30,433 bases of DNA from Coleofasciculus chthonoplastes F2-STO-03 (GTDB lineage Bacteria; Cyanobacteriota; Cyanobacteriia; Cyanobacteriales; Coleofasciculaceae), in the NCBI GenBank assembly GCA_040222015.1, contig JAVJWO010000200.1, forward strand, positions 1 to 30,433. The letters run 5' to 3'. The position numbers and the translations under genes were made by a program. The notes under the pieces are model-generated. The model made no database searches, had not been told where the DNA came from, and saw nothing but the letters and a program-made list of their open reading frames with translations. This document shows, one piece after another, positions 19,201 to 25,726 of the stretch (the stretch's first letter is position 1; each line of letters begins with the position of its first letter).

Positions 19201-19772
19201 AAAAGATTCGCCCCAATTTCTCCAGCTTTGATAAAGGTTTGAGGATTACTCGCCGCCGTAATCCAAATTGGCAAGTCGGATTGAATGGGTGTGGGATAAA
19301 TCCTAATCTCGACCTGACTCCCTTTGCCATTGGTGACTTGAATCGATTCACTCCGCCATAGCTTTCGGATCATCTCAATACCGCTAAACATTTCCTGATG
19401 ACGGTTTTGATACTTTTCCGGAAAAAAGGCAAAGTCATTGGGATTCCAACCCGACGCGAACGATAGTCCAACTCGACCCGCCGATAAATTATCTACAACT
19501 GCCCATTCTTCGGCAATCCGAATCGGATTATGAATCGGTAAAACAACACTTCCGGCTTGTAATCGGATCTGCCGGGTTTCTCTGGCGAGGGCGGCATTTA
19601 AAACAGCCGGATTGGGATAAAGACTGCCAAACTGGGTAAAGTGTCGTTCGGGTGTCCAAATACTCGAAAAGGAATGACTATCGGCAAATTTGGCACTTTC
19701 AAGTAGCAGACTATATTTGTCCCCAACGAGAGCCTCTTCACTACTGGCAAAAAACATTAAACCAAATTTCAT
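16224..19772 (-). CDS. PKS-associated fusion: MupA/Atu3671-type luciferase-like monooxygenase-DH(C-terminal half)-KR-ACP
   Basis: LLM motifs MKFGLMFF, WTPERHF, GSLYPNP, RIAEEWAVVDNLSAGRVG, DEVACLLDFG; DH C-lobe YYQRLHQHGLQLGKAFQGI...LYLPMGL...GDVRLFD; KR GTYLITGGLGHLG and SSITSLWG...YAAAN; ACP GMDSL; ATGA overlap with the next gene. Confidence 0.92.
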   Translation of the reverse strand: MKFGLMFFASSEEALVGDKYSLLLESAKFADSHSFSSIWTPERHFTQFGSLYPNPAVLNAALARETRQIRLQAGSVVLPIHNPIRIAEEWAVVDNLSAGRVGLSFASGWNPNDFAFFPEKYQNRHQEMFSGIEMIRKLWRSESIQVTNGKGSQVEIRIYPTPIQSDLPIWITAASNPQTFIKAGEIGANLLTHLLDQDIETLAEKITLYRQARAQHGHNPETGVVSIMLHTFVGQDFEAVRDQVRVPYCHYLKSNFSLLKGLAQSRGSTIDPSTLSESDLDAFVNFLFEKYATSRGLIGTPNTCIELLEKLDNIGVDEVACLLDFGPSKTLILNHLPSLNQLRERYSAEISAPKRSFVPTHPVQSLQSNSVTSARQNQPRSPNHDTLSDIRMRCSDRQNVQDYYQRLHQHGLQLGKAFQGIEQLWLGKAEALAQVKLDGTEINAQDSIQMNVALWETCHHVLLATLLQEGLLSNHSVLYLPMGLKTVQVYETISHEVWSYACLSTVTDTLIEGDVRLFDQTGKLLVNISGLQLQPVEHQNYQTQDQDQSADWFYELQWQPQPLLKSSSSPIREPGIWLIFADRTGIGQALAQRLEAQGDTCRLVYAAEESAVAQEGQILLNPTEPEAMQALIEQMETLPPCRGVVHLWSVETTPPEATTLSSLDKDGTRSLTSTLHLVQALQRTNSPQLPQIWLVTQGAQRIGSETVPPAIAQAPLWGVGRSLAMEIPQMWGGLIDLDHDISPANAANALFEQLWYPDQESQIALRCEQRYVPRLVPSPKQPIPKQPLRLQSDGTYLITGGLGHLGLNTARWLVENGARHIVLMGRSEASSTAQQAIRQLEALGVDVLVVKADVCNRADVVQVLEKINAYSPPLRGIFHAAGVAGFHRFSDMTPDLIQSILAAKVIGTWTLHQMTLGLKLDCFVCISSITSLWGAEGLAYYAAANQFLDLIAHYRHHLHLPALTVNVGALAGGGMHYRHQGVTALREIVTQIGLKYYEPQLFLKTLESSLVRGVAQPIIVDIDWAIFKQLYEARERRTLLKEIEVQSPQPLAQPLGKLGQVLQQLKETSPSDRDEFLITYLQKNVALVLKIKQSQLPSPEQNLTEIGMDSLTAMEFKNSIHQELGIDIPIVQFIGGTTIAALAAEINKQLIWVEKEEKIEIRQDNQVNQTREQKSDWIEGEL

Positions 19773-19809
19773 CTCTTAACTCGCATAAACGTTTAATGAA
19801 TCCGGGAGT

Positions 19810-22800
19810 TTAAAGGGTAATCTGTGCCGTGGCATATAACCTCCACTCTTGAGGTAAGGCGGGTTGGTTTAGCTGATAGCTATATAAATAAAACGATAAC
19901 GACGCATCAGATTCAGAGGTTAAAACCACTTGAATTTTCTGAGCATCTTGTTCCGATAAAAATAGGGGGGTATGGAGTTTTAAATCAGTTAACTGTTTGG
20001 GTTTACTCTTAAAGGCTTCCTCTGTCGCCGCCAACGCTATTTCGATATAAGCGCTGTGAGGCATGACGATGCTATCCCACACTCGATGATCTTTGAGGTA
20101 CGAAAGATACAGTGCATCAATCTCTGTTTCCCAGATATAAAGATTTGGCGGTGCCAGATGGTTTAATCGATTCCCTAAAAGCGGATGTTTCTGCCGCTCC
20201 GGTTGGGGTTGAGCCGCCATCCCATCAGGCTGATTAGGATCAGGGCTTTCCATGAGTCCTGTTTGGCGCTCAATTCCTGTTGTTTTGATCCAATAACGCG
20301 ATCGCTGCCAGGGATAGGTTGGTAAAATGACCTGATGACGGGGATAGTCCCGATCAAAGCCTGACCAGTCTACCGGAACACCCTGTACATATAACTCTGC
20401 CAAACTCTGTAACAGTTGCTGCCAGTCTGAGCATCCCAAACCTAGACTCGGTAACCACACGCCCACGTCTTGGGGCAGCGATTGGCGTGCCATACCCAAC
20501 ACGGTTTGTTTAGGTCCAATTTCGACAAATATCTGATAGTCACAGGCGTGAAGTGTTTTGATACTGTCGGCTAATCGTACCCCTTGACGTACATGACGAC
20601 ACCAATAGTCTGGCGTAATCTCAGCGCCAGTGAGTCGCTCTCCGGTGACGTTAGAGATCAGGTCAATTTGAGGCGTTTGGTAGGTTATTGTTGCCGCCAC
20701 CTGATTGAATTCAGCCAGCATCGGCTCCATTAAAGGAGAATGGAAAGCATGAGAAACCTGTAACGGTTTGGCTTTAATTCCCCTCGCTTCTAGGGCGGCG
20801 CAGATGTCTCGGACAGGCTGAGATGCTCCAGAAATCACCGTATTTTGGGGACTATTGTAGGCAGCAATCCCGACGTTTTGTGCATCCAAGTCAATCACAT
20901 CACGAATCGATGCCTCATCCGCCAACACCGCCACCATTTCACCGCCCCCATCCAGGCGTTGCATCAGCCGACTTCGACTGGCAATCAGCTTTAGCCCATC
21001 CTCTAAACTGAAGACTCCCGCCACACAAGCGGCAACATATTCCCCCACACTATGACCCATCACCGCATCAGGGTGAACTCCCCAGGATTGCCAAAGCTGC
21101 ACTAAAGCATATTCGATCGCAAATAAGGCAGGTTGGGTATAAGCGGTTTCATGCAGAGGAGAACTCATTCCCGGTTCGGGATAGAGGACTGATAGCAGGG
21201 AGGTTTCTAAGTAAGGACGCAGAATTTCGTCGCAGCGATCAAGGGTTTGACGGAAGGTGGGCTGCGTCTGATAGAGTTCCTGTCCCATGTTCAGGTACTG
21301 AGACCCCTGACCCGTAAACAGAAAGGCGAGTTTGGGGCGTTGGCGATTCGTTACCTGACCCGTCACCCGTCCCAGGGTTTCTTTGCCCGTCAGCCCAGCC
21401 GCTAACTGTTCACGCAATGACGCAGTTGATTCAGCCACAACCGCGAGGCGATGGTTAAAATGCGATCGCCCCGTATTGGCACTGAAGCAGATATCGGCAA
21501 GTGAGGCGGTTGGGTGGGTGGCGAAGAATGCCCCATAGCGTTTCACCAATTCCCCAAGGGCGTTCTCGGTTTTGGCTGAGAGGGTTAAAAGATGCAGACT
21601 TCGTTCGAGTTCTGGCACTTGGACAGGCGTTTCGGGTTGCGTCTCTAGCTGAGGCGCTTCTGCCAGGACAACATGAGCGTTGGTACCACCGAAGCCAAAG
21701 GAACTCACCCCAGCCACACGAGCTTTCCCACCCCTGAGCCAAGACTGTGGTGCTTGGGGAATCACAACTAAGCGCTCATCCCAAGAAATATGGGGATTCA
21801 ACTGGTTGAGGTGCAACTGGCGGGGAATTTCTTCCTGTTGTAGGCAGAGTACTACTTTAATTAAGCCAGCGATACCCGCAGCGGCTTCCAAATGACCAAT
21901 ATTCGCTTTCACGGAACCCAGAATACAGGGCGATGGTTCCGATTGCTCCGATAGCCGCACCGCTTTCAGGGATTCTACCTCAATCGGATCACCTAATGCC
22001 GTACCCGTACCATGAGTTTCTACATAACTGATTTCTGATGCCTTGACACCCGCGTTGGCAAGTGCTTGTCGGATCACCGCCTGTTGAGCCAGTCCATTGG
22101 GCGCGGTTAACCCATTACTGCGACCATCTTGATTCATTGCTGAACCTTTGATGATGGCGAGAATATTGTCTCCATCCCGTTGAGCATCACTGAGACGCTT
22201 GAGCAACACTAAGCCGCAGCCCTCAGCCCGAACATACCCATCCGCCTCCGCATCGAAGGTCTTACAACGACCATCGGCTGCCATCATTTGGGCTTGGGAA
22301 AAGGTAATGGTTAACTCTGGGGATAGGATTAAATTCACCCCACCCGCTAGGGCTTGCTGGCACTCTCCATTTTGCAAACTTTGACAGGCTAAGTGTACGG
22401 AAACGAGGGAGGAGGAGCAAGCGGTATCCACGGCTAAGGAGGGTCCTTGCCAATCAAACACATAGGAGAGGCGGTTGGCGGCAATACTCAAGGCATTACC
22501 GGTACCGGTGTACCCATCAATATCTGCATAGTTCTCACATTGAAACCGGGAGTAGTCCTGGCTACTGATTCCAATAAATACACCCGTTTGGCTACCCGCT
22601 AACTGGCTCGAAGTCAGACCCGCATATTCCAGTGTTTCCCAGGCGACTTCTAACAACAGCCGTTGTTGAGGGTCGATCCGTTCTGCCTCGCGGGGAGAAA
22701 TCCCAAAAAAATCGGCGTCGAAACCGTCTACTTGCTCCAGAAATCCGCCCCAACGGGTACTCATTTTACCGGGTGTGGCGGGCTGTTGATCATACAAGGT

Positions 22801-25026
22801 GTTGACTGACCAACGGAAATTAGGTATCTCAGTAATGGCATCCACACCGTTGTGCAGCAACGTCCAGAATGCGTCTGGGTCATTGACACCAGGGAAACGA
22901 CAACCCAGACCAATGATCGCGATCGCGTCTCGTTGGACAATCGGGGTGTAGGGAGTCGGGGCGAGAGTTGCCGTTTCCTGGACTAACTGTTGGGCGAGAC
23001 GTTCGATCGTTGGGTAATCGTACAGTAAGGTTGGAGACACCTTATATCCCAGCCATTCTTGAGCCTCCCCCGCCAGACGGATGGCGACCATTGAACTGAG
23101 ACCATATTCGGCTAAGGGGTGTTGAATGTCTATCGCCTCGGGCAACACTTGCAGGGACTGGGACACCTTGGCAATTAACCACCGTTGGATTTCCTCTTGG
23201 CGGTCAGGGGACAGGGATTGAGGGGGCGTTTTCACCTCGGCGTCTTCCGACTGTAATCGGGTTGAGGGTTGAGATGTCGCACACCAGGACGTTACCCCAT
23301 CCAGAGTGCCAGCCAGAAAACCATCCCGACAGGCACCCCGTTGCACTTTGCCACTGGATGTTTTCGGAATACTGGCGGTTCGCAGCAGGACGATCCCATA
23401 AACGTCTATATCATGTTCCTGAGCGACGGCTCGACGAATTGCCCCAATCACCTCATCAGCGTTGAGTGTCCGCCGCGAACTGCGTTTCACCTCCTGAGCA
23501 ATCACCAGTTTTTCTTGACCGTTCACGGGAACCGAAAACGCCGCGCCACAGTGGGGGCGTAGGGCTGAATGACAGGTTTCGACCGTGAGTTCAATATCTT
23601 GAGGATAATGGTTGCGACCTCGGATGATAATTAAATCCTTGAGCCGTCCGGTGATGAACAACTCACCCTCCCGTAAAAATCCCAAATCCCCTGTCCGGAG
23701 AAACGGACCAGCGCCTGTATCAGCGATGTACCCTTGGAAGGTTTCTTGAGTCTGCTGCGATCGCTGCCAATACCCCCCCGCTATACTTGATCCAGAAACC
23801 CAAATCTCTCCCACTTGCTTTTCTGGACATTGGGTTAAGGAGTCCGGATCAACGATCGCAAGGGTTTCGTCTAACCAGGCTTGTCCACAACCAACTATCT
23901 TTCGAATTCCTGGTTCATCACTTGGGGCTTCCACGACCTGGTTTTTCGCCAGTTCTGCCTCTTTGACTGAACAGACAACGGGCAGTTGAGTGTTTAATCC
24001 CCCCGAAACAAATAGCGTTGTCTCAGCCATACCGTAGCAGGGGTAAAATGCCCTAGGCGAGAAGCCACAATCAGCGAAGGTGCGAGCAAACTGCTCTAGG
24101 GTTGACCAACGCACTGGCTCGGCACCATTAAACGCGACGTTCCAGCGACTCAAATCTAAACTGGCTCGTTGTTCGGGCTTAATCGTTTGTACACATAAAT
24201 CATAGGCAAAATTCGGTCCACCACTGGTTGTGGCTTGATAGCGGGAAATCGCCTGTAACCAACAATAAGGCTTGAGCAGGAACGCCTCTGGGGGCATAAG
24301 AATGCTTTGTACACCCAAGTATACGGGTTGCAAGACATTGCCAATCAGTCCCATGTCATGGAATAACGGCAACCAACCAACAACCACCGTTTGTGAAGAA
24401 TGACCGAATGCCTGCTGAATCATTTGCTCATTGTGCAGCAGGTTTCCATGACTTACCATCACCCCTTTGGGCGTCCCCGTTGACCCCGAGGTGTACTGTA
24501 GAAATGCCAGTGTGTCCTGGTTTATCGTCGGGACGTACCAATCCTCGGCTAGGTCACTGGCAATCCTGTCAGTTGTCAACCAATGCATCGCCGCCAGTTC
24601 GGGTGCTTCAGTTAAACGAGAACCCATCTGGGTTAACACTGATGTGGTGGTGAGGGCAAACGCGGCTTGAGCATCAGCCACAATCGCTTGTAACCGTTTC
24701 CGATGCTGATTGCGCCGAGGGGGATAAGCCGGAACTGCCACAACTCCAGCATACAAACACCCAAAAAAGGCACAAATAAATTCCCAACCTGATGGGTAAA
24801 GGAGTAGGGCTCGCTCACCCCTGGCTCCCTGACGTTGAAGTTGAGCGGCGATGCTTCGCGCACGAGTGTCTAACTCGTGATAAGTGAGGCGGATTTCTTC
24901 TGTTTCTCCGTCTGGTAAGAATAAGTAAGCGATGGAATTTGGCTGATTGTTGGCTCGCCGCCTCAAGATATCGACAAAGGTTAGCGCCTCATCTGGAGAG
25001 GACAGGAGACGATTTAAAGCGTTCAT
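19810..25026 (-). CDS. Loading/PKS protein: fatty acyl-AMP ligase-ACP-KS-AT(malonyl)-DH(N-terminal half)
   Basis: FAAL AFLQYTSGSTGTPKG, WLPLFHDMGLIG, PCYGMAETTL, RGRNHYPQDIE, PKTSSGK; ACP YGLSSM; KS DTACSSS, ETHGTGT, NIGHLE; AT GHSVG and HAFHS; DH N-lobe HPLLG...DHRVWDSIVMP. Confidence 0.95.
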   Translation of the reverse strand: MNALNRLLSSPDEALTFVDILRRRANNQPNSIAYLFLPDGETEEIRLTYHELDTRARSIAAQLQRQGARGERALLLYPSGWEFICAFFGCLYAGVVAVPAYPPRRNQHRKRLQAIVADAQAAFALTTTSVLTQMGSRLTEAPELAAMHWLTTDRIASDLAEDWYVPTINQDTLAFLQYTSGSTGTPKGVMVSHGNLLHNEQMIQQAFGHSSQTVVVGWLPLFHDMGLIGNVLQPVYLGVQSILMPPEAFLLKPYCWLQAISRYQATTSGGPNFAYDLCVQTIKPEQRASLDLSRWNVAFNGAEPVRWSTLEQFARTFADCGFSPRAFYPCYGMAETTLFVSGGLNTQLPVVCSVKEAELAKNQVVEAPSDEPGIRKIVGCGQAWLDETLAIVDPDSLTQCPEKQVGEIWVSGSSIAGGYWQRSQQTQETFQGYIADTGAGPFLRTGDLGFLREGELFITGRLKDLIIIRGRNHYPQDIELTVETCHSALRPHCGAAFSVPVNGQEKLVIAQEVKRSSRRTLNADEVIGAIRRAVAQEHDIDVYGIVLLRTASIPKTSSGKVQRGACRDGFLAGTLDGVTSWCATSQPSTRLQSEDAEVKTPPQSLSPDRQEEIQRWLIAKVSQSLQVLPEAIDIQHPLAEYGLSSMVAIRLAGEAQEWLGYKVSPTLLYDYPTIERLAQQLVQETATLAPTPYTPIVQRDAIAIIGLGCRFPGVNDPDAFWTLLHNGVDAITEIPNFRWSVNTLYDQQPATPGKMSTRWGGFLEQVDGFDADFFGISPREAERIDPQQRLLLEVAWETLEYAGLTSSQLAGSQTGVFIGISSQDYSRFQCENYADIDGYTGTGNALSIAANRLSYVFDWQGPSLAVDTACSSSLVSVHLACQSLQNGECQQALAGGVNLILSPELTITFSQAQMMAADGRCKTFDAEADGYVRAEGCGLVLLKRLSDAQRDGDNILAIIKGSAMNQDGRSNGLTAPNGLAQQAVIRQALANAGVKASEISYVETHGTGTALGDPIEVESLKAVRLSEQSEPSPCILGSVKANIGHLEAAAGIAGLIKVVLCLQQEEIPRQLHLNQLNPHISWDERLVVIPQAPQSWLRGGKARVAGVSSFGFGGTNAHVVLAEAPQLETQPETPVQVPELERSLHLLTLSAKTENALGELVKRYGAFFATHPTASLADICFSANTGRSHFNHRLAVVAESTASLREQLAAGLTGKETLGRVTGQVTNRQRPKLAFLFTGQGSQYLNMGQELYQTQPTFRQTLDRCDEILRPYLETSLLSVLYPEPGMSSPLHETAYTQPALFAIEYALVQLWQSWGVHPDAVMGHSVGEYVAACVAGVFSLEDGLKLIASRSRLMQRLDGGGEMVAVLADEASIRDVIDLDAQNVGIAAYNSPQNTVISGASQPVRDICAALEARGIKAKPLQVSHAFHSPLMEPMLAEFNQVAATITYQTPQIDLISNVTGERLTGAEITPDYWCRHVRQGVRLADSIKTLHACDYQIFVEIGPKQTVLGMARQSLPQDVGVWLPSLGLGCSDWQQLLQSLAELYVQGVPVDWSGFDRDYPRHQVILPTYPWQRSRYWIKTTGIERQTGLMESPDPNQPDGMAAQPQPERQKHPLLGNRLNHLAPPNLYIWETEIDALYLSYLKDHRVWDSIVMPHSAYIEIALAATEEAFKSKPKQLTDLKLHTPLFLSEQDAQKIQVVLTSESDASLSFYLYSYQLNQPALPQEWRLYATAQITL

Positions 25027-25057
25027 AGTCCTAAAACATATATATTTGGCATGATGG

Positions 25058-25723
25058 TTATTTATTTCCCCGCAGGCGCTGCATTTGTAGCTTAAATACC
25101 CAAGGCAATGTCTTGACCTTATCCATCAATGTGACTTGTTTTTTGACCCCAAGTTGGGGTCGTTTATCAAACCGCCATTCCGCTTTCGGTCCGTCTTGTT
25201 CGACGTAATGCAGAAAGACTTGGACTTGATGTTCCCCGTCAAAGGCTTCTCTCCAGTGTTCGACTTCACAGCCGCGATACAACAGAGCATCACCTGGATT
25301 CAGAGAGATAGCGGAAATCCCTTTGGGTCCGTTGACATAAATGGGCCACGACGTACTCCCATCAGAACCTAGGGTTAACGTTATACTCACTTCACAGGCG
25401 GATCTGTCTTTATGTTTAGCCAAACTGTCGCCCTTTTTGTACACTCGTCCGTAAGCATAAGTCGGGTAAAGTTTTTTCCCTGTGGCTAATTCGACTTGGG
25501 GTCGTAGCTCTTCGAGGAGGGTTTCCATCAACACATCCTGTTTCAGGATCGGTGTCCCCGGAAATCGCCAATCCCCTTTTTTTATTTTTCCGGTTTGAAC
25601 CAGCATTAAGGCGTAATTATAGGCGACCCTTAATAAAGGATCACTGAGGAATGATTTGACCACCAGATATTTATTTTCTTTGAATATTTCGGGGGATTCT
25701 TTAACGAGAGTAACGTCAGTCAT
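25058..25723 (-). CDS. Small stand-alone 2OG-Fe(II) oxygenase superfamily protein (putative hydroxylase)
   Basis: HxD...H facial triad pattern: RVYKKGDSLAKHKDRSACEVSIT ... PGDALLYRGCEVEHWRE ... QVFLHYV. Starts 3 bp after the upstream NRPS stop. Confidence 0.75.
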   Translation of the reverse strand: MTDVTLVKESPEIFKENKYLVVKSFLSDPLLRVAYNYALMLVQTGKIKKGDWRFPGTPILKQDVLMETLLEELRPQVELATGKKLYPTYAYGRVYKKGDSLAKHKDRSACEVSITLTLGSDGSTSWPIYVNGPKGISAISLNPGDALLYRGCEVEHWREAFDGEHQVQVFLHYVEQDGPKAEWRFDKRPQLGVKKQVTLMDKVKTLPWVFKLQMQRLRGNK

Positions 25724-25726
25724 GGG

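Noticed and set aside
18781..19740. Lower GC in the LLM domain as a sign of recent horizontal insertion
   Set aside because: Manual count gives about 45% GC, only modestly below a spot check of about 52% in the KS, and the adjacent DH N-half is also AT-rich. Not enough to call foreign origin.
19770..19815. Possible frameshift or pseudogene joining the PKS and LLM ORFs
   Set aside because: Both frames have stops in the junction (TAA 19812-19810 and TAA 19778-19776), and the LLM begins with its family-typical N-terminus MKFGLMFF, so two genes is the better reading.
23085..23106. Loading ACP motif GLSSM instead of GLDSL, possibly inactive
   Set aside because: The phosphopantetheinylated Ser is retained and this position varies among FAAL-associated ACPs.
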